Assembly: GCA_021432655.1 (NCBI GenBank)
Contig: MU271401.1
Location: 1-64,000 of the forward strand
Source: Atractiella rhizophila
Lineage: Eukaryota
DNA: 64,000 nt
Reading direction: 5' to 3'
Position numbers and translations under genes: made by a program. This document shows, piece by piece, positions 1 to 11,623 of this stretch. Under the pieces are notes generated by a model, which was not told where the DNA came from, ran no database searches, and was given only the letters and a program-made list of their open reading frames with translations. How positions within the stretch are numbered: the first letter of the stretch is position 1; each line of letters starts with the position of its first letter.

Positions 1-323
1 TACTCTAAGGTCACCTCCACTACTCTCCGATCTATATATACAAGCGGAATACCACTGCCACAGAGTGTAGAGGAGAGTAGATGAAACATGTAAGAGAACT
101 AAAAGGGGGAAGTGATAGTGGGATTACGCGGAATTAATAAGAGGAGAGGAGAATAGGCACAAATGAGCTAAGTGGCGATGGGAGACGCAGAATGGCGACG
201 GTTCGCAGATTTGTATAGAATACAAACGGGCGAACAGGCGCCGATTCGGGGGGAACACAAATGGGCAATAGGAGATGCAATCCAGCAAACGGGCGCCGAT
301 TTGCGTAAGATGCAAACCTGACA
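1..323 (-). mobile_element. LTR of the gypsy family at 4784-5122, inverted, truncated by the window edge
   Basis: Reverse complement starts TGTCAGGTTTGCATCTTACGC and aligns with indels to 4784-5010; ends exactly at ...AAACCTGACA (323), abutting the copia LTR remnant. Confidence 0.85.
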
Positions 324-2080
324 GTCTCACATCTCATATCTTCCCGCACTTAGCCAATGCCGTCCGCTCATATATACCTCCTCTTCGTTCACTGGATTCC
401 CCATCGTCTTCCACCATCGTGAACGATTGGGAAATCCAGGTTTGTCTGCTCCTACATAGTATTTTGCATTGCTGATCGTCTTCCACCATCGTGAACGATT
501 GGGAAATCCAGATTCTATCAGGTTATGAGCCCAAACCTTCGAATCTGAGGCATCTCTCTTTCAGGTGGCAAATCAATCTTTTTCATTGTTATTTCCTGAT
601 CGGCCGACGTATCTTCTGGAGTCCGGAGCGACTACAAATCTCGTACATCTCATCTATTCGTTGTATGTCGCATAGGATGTGAATCAGGAGCAACCAAGAT
701 CACCTTCAACCTCCTCCATCTCTTCCAGACGTTTTGGAGTCCCTCCAAGGTCTCAACATCGAAGAACCAAGCACTCCCACGCTATCTACGGCCGATCTGC
801 TCAGCTCACCACATTCTTTCTTCATACGCGACAACTCTTTCTATCTTCCCATCGAAATCGACGAAGTGCCCATCATGCCTCCAGACAATATCAAGATTTT
901 GGAGAGACTCACTCGAGTGAATTGGTAGTCATAGTCAGAAGAGGCGAAAGAATGCTTGAAGACGATGATGCTTTGGGGATATATTGCGGAGAACACCAAA
1001 GGGGAAGGCCTAATGGCGCGACCGGTTAGGGAGCTTTACGAGGCGGCTGGACCGTCTCAGGCTATTCTTTTCAGCAAGGAGAATTCCGCCTGGCTGAAAG
1101 GGGATTGGGCTACCAGTGCATTCTTAAAGGCTTCGGTTGACGATGCTTTGAAAGAAGTTATTAAGGCGAAAGAGTTGGAATGGAGTGACGAAGAGAATAC
1201 CGCACATATGATCTGGAAGCTTCTTCAGTCCAAATGCCGGCTGAAGGTACCCTTCAAGCTAAAACAGCATGGTGAGCTTTCCTTTACACTACCTCCCAAC
1301 CCATCTCCTCGTCCTCGTATGTGGATTGGGCCAACTCCATTCGACAATCGTGGGTAGAGATCGAACGATATGCCGGCAAGATTATGGGACCCGACAAGAT
1401 TATCTCCTTACATCTACTTTTGATGATTCCCAAGTCTCTCAGCATGAAATGGGAGACATCATTCAAGGTTCTGCAGGAACGACATGGACATTTACATCCC
1501 AGAACCCCTTTCAAAATTGAGCACATCTCCCCTGACACCATCGTTGAAGAAATTAGCGGGATCGTTGGAAGGGAATCTCTTGCTCAAGATGGAGACAGAG
1601 CGTTTCTTATGCAACGATCTGATGGGACCGGTGGGAGTATCAACAATGTTCATCCCAGTCATTGTGGTTTCGTCGAGGCTAGTTCTAGATTCAGTGGGAC
1701 TTGAGATCACTGCAAAAACAAAGGACACTAGAAAGCTGAATGTTTCCAACTCCGTCCCGAAAAACTCGAACAAATTCCGTGCTAAGAAGGCTTCCTCATC
1801 TCTCGCCGCCAATGTTGCTGTTTCTTCGGACACGCCTATCACAGTTTCTATGCCTCCTTCCTTTCTCTCAGGATTGAACGTGCTCCCTACCAATGCCAAT
1901 TGGGGTGATAGGCATCAGGATGTCAGTGGCAGCTTTGGGACACAAGAAGTCTCTTACTTCGCCCGCTACGTTGGTGAACATCAGCTGGGTTGGAATGGGG
2001 ATATCAATGCACATTCTCTTGATATCAATGGTGCAGAGCCCGCTCATGCCCTCATTTTGCTCGACTCAGCCGTCCGACAT
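324..2080 (+). mobile_element. Degenerate Ty1/copia 5' part: LTR remnant (324-520), PBS, gag and aspartic protease remnant
   Basis: ...TATCA followed by GGTTATGAGCCC at 521-532 (copia-type primer-binding site); gag-like 'TAHMIWKLLQ'; CCHC knuckle T*DHCKNKGH*KAEC at 1699-1743 with stop codons; protease-like 'ILLDSAVRH' near 2051-2080. Confidence 0.75.
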
Positions 2081-2347
2081 GAGGTCCCCATTCCCAAAGT
2101 CGTGTCTCTATCTCCTGCCTTGTCTGTCCTCGGCGACATCGCTCTCTTCACGGCTCAAATCAAAGGTGTCTCGACTCAGGCTGTTCTAAGCCCACAGAGT
2201 TTCGGAGGGAACTCATCCACAATTTCAGAGAGGAATCGGGCAATGAGACTGTCGAAGTTGGCAACGGAGTCAAAGTACCTATCCTGGGTCACGGCGAAAT
2301 GTTCTATTCTACTCTCACCACAGACGGTTCTCCATGTGTCCTTCTTC

Positions 2348-4177
2348 TGATCTTGACAGACCACAAAAACCTTGAATATTTCAGGATGCCACAAAAGTTA
2401 AATTGGCGACAAGCGCGGTGGATCACTGAACTTGCATCTTTCAACTTCACGCTTTTACACCGTCCTGGACGAAACTCCGCAAAACCAGATGCGCTCAGTC
2501 GGTGACCAGATCACAAACCGGCGCCTTGCGACAATTTCGACGTAGTATTGCACCTAGAACGTTTTTTCAACACAGATCGTATCACCATCAACGCGACTGG
2601 GAGCGCAGTTGCGCTCACAAGACAAATGTCAGAGTTGAGTATACTGGAACATGTGAAAAAGGTACCCGAACGGGAAGAACAAGGTACCCGAACGGGAAGA
2701 ACAAGTAGTCAAAGCCTTGAGAGAGATCCTAGACGAACCAGTCGACGCAATTCGCCGACGGGAGTGGCAAGAAGTCGATGGCGCTGTCTATTTTGGTGGA
2801 AAACTCTACATTCCCTGCGACGAGGAAATTCGCCGCTCGATTTTGCAAGACCCGCACGATTCACAAATCGCCGGTCATCCAGCAGTAAAATCGCCGATGG
2901 CTCTCGTAAAAAGGTACTATTGGTGGCCAGGTGTGGCGCATTGCGTTCGCCGCTATGTCGGCGCCTGCCACACTTGCCACAGAACGAAAAACTTTCTTCT
3001 CCACCTGCCAGGTTTTTGCAACCAAATGACATTCCCATACGTCGATGGCAAATTGTCAGCATGGACTTGGTTGGACCACTCCCAGAATCTGGGGGGTTTG
3101 ACATGATTTTCGTCATAGTAGACAGACTCTCAAAACGTACCCATCTCATCCCCACCCATTCGACAATGGATGCAGAAGGCCTTGCAAGACTTTTTCGTGA
3201 TCACGTATGGAAGTTACATGGACTTTCGATGTCGCAATTTTCGATCAAGGCAAAGAGTTTGTGTCCAAATTCACATCCACGCTTTTTCGCCTATTAGGTA
3301 TCAAAGGTTCACCATTGACAGCCTATCACCCACAAAGTGATGGTCAGACTGAACGCATGAACCAAGAGGTTGAACAATATTTGCGCATTTTCTGCAACCA
3401 CCTTCAAGATAATTGGGTGGAAGGACTTCCCAACGCAGAATTTGCGCTCAACAATCGTATCAGTTTGGCGACGGGTGTAACTCCATTTTCGCTCGATTGC
3501 AGCCAACATCCCCGCATGGCCTTTGAACCCATCTCCGACGAGGACGTTCTCGCAGCGGTGCAATTCGTCGAAAAGATGCAAATCGCCGACCGGGAAGCAC
3601 AAGCAGCACTCGAGCAAGCAGCAGATCTCATGGCAAAACATTATGACAGAGAACGCACACTGGCGCCCGAATATCACGTCGGCGATTTCGTCTGGTTGAG
3701 TGCGAAAAACATCAAATCGATGAGACCTGTTAAAAAGTTAGATGACAAATGGCATGGCCTATTTCATGTTTTGCAAGTTTGGGTCTCGTCAACCTTAAAC
3801 TCGAGTTGCCATCCTCATGGAAGATACATCTAGTGTTCCATGTGGGTCTAATACAAAAAGTCAACGAAGACGACATCCCTGGCAGAGTCCAGTTGCCCAA
3901 ACCACCTCCGGAATTGGTGAATGGAATTGAAGAATGGGAAGTGGAAAAATTTGTTGATGGAAAATGGTTCGGTACCCGAAATAGAGTTTTCAAATATTGC
4001 GTTCGATACAAAGGGTATTCACCATCTGAAGACGAGTGGATCAATATCGCGGATCTAGAAAATTCACAGGATGCTATAAAAGACTATCACACTGCACATC
4101 CTCTTGCAGTTCGTCCCGATTCCATACCAAACTCCGCCAAAAATCGCCCAAATGCGCGTTCTCGTAACCTTCGATGA
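2348..4177 (+). mobile_element. Ty3/gypsy chromovirus pol remnant: RNase H end, integrase, chromodomain; frameshifted
   Basis: 'TDHKNLEYF...RQARW...[14 protein letters not shown]' (RNase H end), 'HDSQIAGHP...YWWP...CHTC' (HHCC), 'VSMDLVGPLP', 'AYHPQSDGQTERMNQ' (integrase core), 'EWEVEKFVD...YCVRYKGYSPSEDEW' (chromodomain); stops, frameshifts and a 22-bp tandem duplication at 2659-2702. Confidence 0.93.
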
Positions 4178-4196
4178 AAACGCACTGGAGGGTTTT

Positions 4197-4588
4197 CCTC
4201 ACTTTAAGGGGGTCCAATACCCCTATATGCCTTGCCGGGTGAAATCCTAGTCTTTGATACTTAGGTCAAGGCAAGGCGCCGACTTGCTCCTCAACGGACA
4301 AGTCGGCGACTTGGTCGTGGGTGAGTCCATTCGTCGCCCGTCAAAGACGAATGCTCATTGCGTTCTCGCACCATCACCAATGTCGCATTTACGAAAATTG
4401 CCCTCAATCGCGAGGTCCCCTCCCCTCACTTTAAGAGGTCCTACTCCTCTACACGCCTCGCTGGGTGAATCCCTAATCACATTGTTGAACATAGATCTAG
4501 GTGAGGCGCCGATCTGTCCCTCAACGGGCAGATCGGCGACCAGTTCGTTGGTGAGTTGTCCAGCCCGTTTTCGCAGGATGCACACTTA
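4197..4588 (+). repeat. Two diverged tandem modules (period ~227 nt) with conserved stem-loops in the gypsy 3' UTR
   Basis: Anchors CCTCACTTTAAG, GGGTGAA, AGGCGCCGA, CCTCAACGG, TCGGCGAC, GGTGAGT and GCCCGT occur in the same order at 4197-4357 and 4424-4588. Confidence 0.85.
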
Positions 4589-4783
4589 GTACACCAAAAC
4601 AACACCTGGTCAACTTTTAAAAAAAATTCCTCAAATTGCGAGGTACACAATGTCTCTTTACTCCGACAATTTCATCTCTGTCCGAGCGACAGCTGGTACT
4701 TCAGGCACTTTTCGCAAAAATTGGCAAACCTCACAAAGCAGAAGTTTCTGCTTACTGCAAGCACCACAGAAACTGGGGGGTGT

Positions 4784-5122
4784 TGTCAGGTTTGCATCTT
4801 ACGCAGATCGGCGCCCGTTCGCCACTCTGCGTCTCCCGTCGCCTATTTGCACCTACATCACCACTTAGCCCAATTGTGCCTATCCTCCTCTTATTAACTC
4901 CGCGTAATCCCACTTTTAGTTCTCTTGCATGTTTCATCTGATCTCCTCTACACTCTGTGGCAGTGTTATTCCACTTGTATATATAGATCAGAGGTGACCT
5001 TAGAGGATTCTCTAGGTTTATCTCCACTACAGGTTACTCCTCATGTCATATCATGCCCTTAGGTTTATCTCCACTACAGACACATCGCCCATTGGCGACC
5101 GCACATAGTGTCAGCCCTAACA
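4784..5122 (+). mobile_element. 3' LTR of the gypsy element (339 bp)
   Basis: TGTCAGG...CCTAACA imperfect terminal inverted repeats, preceded by a purine-rich GAAACTGGGGGG PPT-like tract; TATATATA near 4978; two further copies in the window. Confidence 0.85.
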
Positions 5123-5264
5123 GTTTCTAAGTGTTGGATATGTTCCTCCATTGATAGCAAATCACTGACGGATAGTGAATCATGTGTCTCCATATCTCCC
5201 CAGACTTCTGACATTTTGCTAACTTCTTAAAATTTGATTTTGAAGATATGAGAAAATATTCTTC

Positions 5265-5686
5265 TGTTTGAGCTGACAATATGTACAGTCGCTGATGAAC
5301 GATGTGTCTGTAGTAGAGATAAACCTAAGAGATATCATGACATGAAGTGACTAACCTATAGTAGAGATAAACCTAAGAGAATACTCTAGGGTCATCACCA
5401 CTACATCTCGATTTATATATATGTGTAGGAGCACTGCCATGAACTGTAAAGTATGTCATATGAAACATGTAAGATAACTAAATCGGGAAGGCAACAAAGG
5501 AAATAGTCAGAAATAAGTTATAAGAAGGGGAATAATATGAATGGATGTCAAGATAAAAACAGTTGTGATGCAGATTAGCAAAATGAATAGGACTACTGAG
5601 CAGCGAAGAGTACAGGAAGAGGTAAAGCGGGAACTGGTAAGAACGCTGACTAGCGAATTAGGAGAGTAAGTCATGTGACCTGGACA
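5265..5686 (-). mobile_element. Older, diverged inverted LTR related to 4784-5122
   Basis: 5265 TGTTTGAGCTGACAATATGTACAGTCGC...GATGTGTCTGTAG matches the reverse complement of 5074-5122 with many transitions; ends CCTGGACA. No TSD seen. Confidence 0.7.
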
Positions 5687-5963
5687 AGTATATTTCAATA
5701 ATGTGTACGAGCAAGCCTGAGAATGACTTGCACCAACTTTTCTGGGTTATGGAGGCATGTATCCTGTATCTCATACCTGTATATGACATCACATCATCAG
5801 AAAGTAACATGCTATAGCAACACTCCTCCACTGTCTACAGCATATATGATGAAACATGAATGGATTGCCAGAGATCCCTTGATGGATAGAGTTTTAATCG
5901 AAATATTCCTTTTCCCTTATGTCAGCTTGTTTAGTTTGCCTGAAGCTTTACCCCTACAGAAGA

Positions 5964-8900
5964 TCAATTTATATGGAGACTGTGAAGTGAAATGTACCAA
6001 AACGATCCAATAATTCCTTGCCATCTTGAAGCCTTTTTCGTAGCAGGTTCTTTTGTCACACTCATAGCTCTCTCTGCCTGTCCAATTCTGTCAAGCAAAT
6101 TATCACAGTCTTCAATGTCTGAAGCTGCACAGCATTCCATGTAAAGCCAGTGAGCCTTCTCAATTTCCTCCCTTGCTTCAGCGTACCTGGACAGTATGAA
6201 GAGTTGTTGTGCCATTGTCTCTCTACAGATGGCCTCCGTATAGCCACCCACTGTCTGACTCAAAGTGATCGCTTCCTTGTAAAGCCCAATCGCCTTTGTG
6301 AACTGAGAATCCTGAATGAAAATGGAAGCATAACTGTAAAGACAATTGAGTTGACCTCCCACGTCTTCGAGGGCTAAATAGAGCTGCTTTGCCTCTTCAA
6401 ACTGTTTCAGTGCTTCCTCATTCTTCCCACGACGCTGCTCGATCTCCCCCATGTTGCGAATGCAGTGGGCCAGGCCTTGCTGATCTCCCACCAGCAGATA
6501 CAGCTGCTTTGCCTCTTCAAACTGTTTCAGTGCTTCCTCATTCTTCCCACGATGGTGCTCAATCTCCCCATGCTGCGAATGCAGTGGGCCAGGCCTTGCC
6601 GATCTTCCACCACCAGATACAGCTGCTTTGCCTCCTCAAACTGTTTCAGTGCTTCCTCATTCTTCCCACGATGCTGCTCGATCACCCCCATGCTGTAAAT
6701 GCAGTGGGCCAGGTCTCGCCGATCTTCCACCAGCAGATACAGCTGCTTTGCCTCCTCAAACTGTTTCAGTGCTTCCTCATTCTTCCCACGATGCTGCTCG
6801 ATCACCCCCATGATGTAAATGCAGTGGGCCAGGCCTTGCCGATCTTCCACCAGCAGATACAGCTGCTTTGCCTCTTCAAACTGTTTCAGTGCTTCCTCAT
6901 TCTTCCCATGGAGCTGCTCGATCTTCCCCATGCTGCGGATGCAGTGGGCCAGGCCTTGCTGATCTTCCACCACCAGATACAGCTGCTTTGCCTCCTCAAA
7001 CTGTTTCAGTGCATCCTCATTCTTCCCACGACGCTGCTCGATCTGCCCCATGCTGTGAATGCAGTGGGCCAGGCCTTGCCGATCTTCCACCACCAGATAC
7101 AGCTGCTTTGCCTCCTCAAACTGTTTCAGGCTTCCTCATTCTTCCCATGACGCTGCTCGATCTCCCCCATGCTGTGGATGCAGTGGGCCAGGCCTCGCCG
7201 ATCTTCCACCACCAGATACAGCTGCTTTGCCTCCTCAAACTGTTTCAGTGCTTCCTCATTCTTCCCACGATGCTGCTCGATCTCCCCCATGCTGTGAATG
7301 CAGTGTGCCAGGCCACGCTGATCTTCCACCAGCAGATACAGCTGCTTTGCCTCCTCAAACTGTTTCAGTGCTTCCTCATTCTTCCCACGATGCTGCTCGA
7401 TCTCCCCCATGCTGCGGAATGCAGTGGGCCAGGCCTCGCCGATCTTCCACCACCAGATACAGCTGCTTTGCCTCCTCAAACTGTTTCAGTGCTTCCTCAT
7501 TCTTCCCACGGAGCTGCTCGATCTTCCCCATGCTGCGGATGCAGTGGGCCAGGCCTTGCCAATCTTCCACCACCACATACAGCTGCTTTGCCTCCTCGAA
7601 CTGTTTCAGTGCATCCTCATTCTTCCCACGACGCTGCTCGATCAGCCCCATGTTGTAAATGCAATGGGCCAGGCCTCGCCGATCTTCCACCACTGCATAC
7701 AGCTGCTTTGCCTCTTCAAACTGTTTCAATGCTTCCTCATTCTTCCCACGATGCTTTTCGATCTCCCCCATGTTGCGAATGCAGTGGGCCAGGCCTTGCC
7801 GATCTTCCACCAGCAGATACAGCTGCTTTGCCTCCTCAAACTGTTTCAGTGCATCCTCATCCTTCCCACGATGCTGCTTGATCTTCCCCACCCCGAGAAT
7901 GCAGTGGGCCAGGCCTTGCTGATCTCCCACCACCAGATACAGCTGCTTTGCCTCTTCAAACTGTTTCAGTGCTTCCTCATTCTTCCCACGATGGTGCTCA
8001 ATCTCCCCCATGCTGTGAATGCAGTGGGCCAGGCCTTGCTGATCTTCCACCACCACATACAGCTGCTTTGCCTCCTCAAATTGTTTCAGTGCGTCCTCAT
8101 TCTTCCCACGGAGCTGCTCGATCTCCCCCATGCTGTGAATGCAGTGGGCCAGGCCTTGCCGATCTTCCACCACTAGATACAGCTGCTTTGCCTCCTCAAA
8201 CTGTTTCAGTGCCTGTTGTGGGTTCCCTTTCTGTTGGAAACATAACCCAAGAACCCTGTTCAATTCGGCTGTGATTGCTGGAGGTGATGTAAGCTTCTTG
8301 CAGGATAAAGCACTCTGGATCAATGCCACTGAGAGGAGCCTTTGAAGATATAGAAATCTCCAAATTTTGACGATGAAATTGAATCCCATTGTTGGATCTT
8401 TGAGATGTTTGAAGGCAGCTAGAAGTACGTGTTCAAGGTTTGGAAAATCGTTGCGAAAAGTCAACAGTCCGATCCGTTCAGCATCATCTTTGAAACGTCG
8501 AAAACATTTACGAGCCTTCTCAATCAGACCTTCAGTTAACGGTTCGAGCGATAAAGTGGTGACTTTGAAAGGAGGAAGAGGACCCAACACCAAACGGTTC
8601 ATATATTCACGAATCGGGGCCAGCATGCGCAATCGTGAGGTGTGTGTAAGAGTATCATCCACATTTTCAGCAAGTCCGACTTTTAAGATTGAGGTGACGA
8701 GCACAGCAGAATCCTCTGCATGGGGAAGGCTGGAGTTATTGCCAAAGGCGATAATGTCGTCAGCCAGAAGACCATCAGGGGTCCAAGAAAGAAGGGCAAG
8801 GATAAAAGCACTGAGGTCCTCGTTCTTCTTGAGCAGAGGCGAATCGAACGAGAAGGAGATCGAAGTTGCCAGAGTGTGCGTCTCTTCGCTGTCTTCATTC

Positions 8901-10769
8901 CAGAGTACGTTCGTTTTCTTTGCCTCCCATTCACCCACCAAAACCCTTAGCTCCCTGGTGGATTCTTCATTCGCACGAAGAATGAAGAGCTTGATAGACA
9001 AGGCATGACGATCCAGCTTGGCGACAATGTCCTCGACTAGCTGGTCATCATCCTGGCGATATCCTTTTCCGCCCACGTACATATATTCAAACATACCAAG
9101 CGCGCCGACGTCGCTCAAGCCTCCAATCGCCAGTTCTTGAAATCTCACACCTTTCGAGTTCACACGCTCAACTTGATGGCCTCGATGTACTACAACGAGA
9201 ATAGAACCAGAAGGACATTGTCTGGAAAAGAAAGCCTGGAAGAATGGCTGTAGGTTATTCTTGTCAGACCGTGCGGGGGTCTCAAAATTATCGAGGATAA
9301 GGAGACACTTGTGAGTATTGAAATATTTTGCGACAGCAGTAAGCTCATCTTCGCCAGGCGGAGGAGCTAATCCAAAAACTTCCTTGCAAAGGTTGGTCGA
9401 GAGAGAGGAGAAGTCGGAGAAAGCGTCGCAGCGTGCCCAAAAAGCGAAAGTCTGCTTCCTTGCCATCCGTGGCGGTCCTGAATGCGTTTTTGATTTTGTC
9501 TGCATGAAGGACTTCCAGTGCAACGGTAGATTTGCCGTTCCCTGCGCCACCAATGATAGCAAGGTGCTTCTTGCCGGTAAGGATGAATTCTATCGCTTTC
9601 TTGACCTCCTCTTCTCTTCCGTAACAAGCCGCCGCGAGGAGGTAAAGCGACCTTCCTGTGCACTGCGACACGATCTTTATGGTCTACATAGCGGAACGTT
9701 AGCATACAATTACCAATGACGAAGAATATACCTTTCGCCAGCGATTGAGCAACGCTCAACACTTCATGCTTCATCGCTTCCATGTAAGCCATCGTACCTC
9801 CTACGGCATCATTCTTTCGCCCCACTCCTGCCACTTGAAATCTCCAAATGTATCGACCGAGAAACGATGGTAACAATGCCCCGTCCTCCGCTCTTGCATC
9901 ATCACCTTCACCTCGTTCGAAACCCTTGAGCAATCCATGACTATTGCCTCCAATGCTCGCTCAACATCATCTCGAGTGTGGCCCAACTTGATGGCAGGCG
10001 TAATGCCAGAACCAAGGGACACAAGACAGGCGATCTCAATACTGGATCCCCAAATTCGCTTCGCTTCTTCAACAGCTATCGCTGTAGGATTGTCGCGACC
10101 TACGTTAACGTAACCAGTGGAATCCATGTTGATGGGAGGAAAGAAGGGAGGACGGGCAGCGGTCGCTCTTGCAGCTTCCCAGACCTTGTACGTGGGAGCA
10201 GGGAAAAACGGAGAGGATGAAGCACCAAGAATATCGTAGGTGCGCATCTCCGTGGAAACGGCGACGTTGGCCTCGTAGGTAGAAACTACAAAAGTTTTGC
10301 ACCTATCATGCCAGGAGGCATCTTTCATAGAAAGCGATTTCGCAGAAGCGTGAGAAGAGTTCATATGCCGCTGGATGATAGCAATGAAAGTTTCTTCAAG
10401 CTTTTCCGCCGAGTAAGCGTACTCGCCACTGGAGATCGAGTTATTTTCTAGAAAAACTTTCTGTGTGATCTCTTCATATGCCGCAATGCATTGGCGAACG
10501 GTCATGCCCAGCCTCCCAAGCATAAGTGCAATCCATCCGCCAGTGGAAGTTCCACAAATGAGGTCAAATATATCGCAAGGACGGAGGTCCTCCCCCTCCG
10601 GCACATCGAGAAGTTGTGCAGCTTGAAGCATGATCTGTTCCAGCATGTATGGAGCGGAAAAGGAACGGATGCCTCCATTATCGATGCAAAGGATCCGCAA
10701 TCCCTTGGGATTCACTTTCTTGATGTTCTCGGAGACCTTAAAGATCTTGCTAGGATGATCAGTAGACAT
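5964..10769 (-). CDS. Fungal NLR-like protein: patatin-like domain + NB-ARC/STAND NTPase + TPR repeats (frameshifted in this assembly)
   Basis: Patatin motifs 'LCIDNGGIR', 'FDLICGTSTGG', 'WEAARATAA'; intron ~9684-9731; 'CYGREEEV', Walker A 'GGAGNGKST', Walker B 'LLILDNFE', 'RLRMLAPIREY'; C-terminal TPR-like 40-aa repeats. About six single-base shifts are needed to join the ORFs. Confidence 0.9.
6381..8212 (-). repeat. Tandem array of 120-bp (40-aa) TPR-coding units, 15 complete units plus a partial one
   Basis: CTGCTTTGCCTCYTCRAAYTGTTTCA recurs 16 times at ~120-bp spacing; consensus ALKQFEEAKQLYLVVEDRQGLAHCIxxMGxIEQHRGKNEE. Confidence 0.97.
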
Positions 10770-11623
10770 GGAGGCGAAGGCAATGGATTGGATCGCGTTG
10801 TTGAAGTAGACAGTTGGTGTTGGTAGTATTTATTGTGGCAGATTTGAGAGAAGAGAAGATGTGAGGTTGGATTGTTCTAGCATCAGTCACATCAGACTCG
10901 CTCCGTGAGTTACGCATGCAGATTCATCATAGATCAAGCGCCTGTGGTTGCCCTCGCGGACTTCCAATCAGCGATGTAGAGATCAAGCTCCCTAACTAAG
11001 CTGCTTTGCAGTTCAGCTCTCTAGACGGCCCTGTCACAGGTAGCACTGATATTCCTCTTAGGAATATGGAGGGAGGCTCTCTGGAACCCACTCCCACCAA
11101 CGTACGTGAAGGTAGGTAAACTTCAGGAATGCAAAATTGGGCCACCTCATCTCAAGTCTGCAATGAAAAAGTACAACAGCGGTTGAGGATATACATCGAT
11201 CCCACCTCTGCATCCTTTCCTGCACAAAATCAAGGAAAATACTGACTGTTCAGGGAGACAATCAGAACGGCCTGTCCTAATATTCCTCAGAACAATACAC
11301 TCGCCCGACACCGCGATATCGAAATGACGACTTCTTTGTTGATAAAACTGCTAGGATGCCTTTGACTCTCTTACACTGGACCAAAGGCAGCTTCTCTGCT
11401 CCTGATAAGATGGCACATAACAGGGCAACTCTGATTGGCTGCGTTTGTTTGGGTAATCTCCGCCCATTCGTGCGTGGCATATCTTGCATATCTGCACGAC
11501 CAATCCCAATCCTACAATTTCTGATTCTTATCGTTTTCAATCCTTTCTATCAGATTGGGCCCCTACTCTACCTACCCACCCCTACGCCTAACAACTTCTC
11601 GGCTCAAGTCAAAATTCTGCAAA

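Noticed and set aside
2080..2347. Segment between copia protease and gypsy RNase H
   Set aside because: Could be a third element fragment, but no motif can be assigned on either strand.
1..5122. One element bounded by long inverted repeats (DIRS-like or foldback)
   Set aside because: The interior is a copia piece plus a gypsy piece with a DDE integrase and no tyrosine recombinase; independent LTR insertions explain the inversion.
6381..8212. CRISPR-like or non-coding repeat array; repetitive plus-strand ORFs
   Set aside because: Units are contiguous 120-bp coding repeats with no unique spacers; the plus-strand ORFs are shadows of the TPR frame.
2348..8212. Diversity-generating-retroelement-like link between retroelement and variable repeats
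   Set aside because: No reverse transcriptase domain remains, no template repeat is present, and the variation is not adenine-specific.
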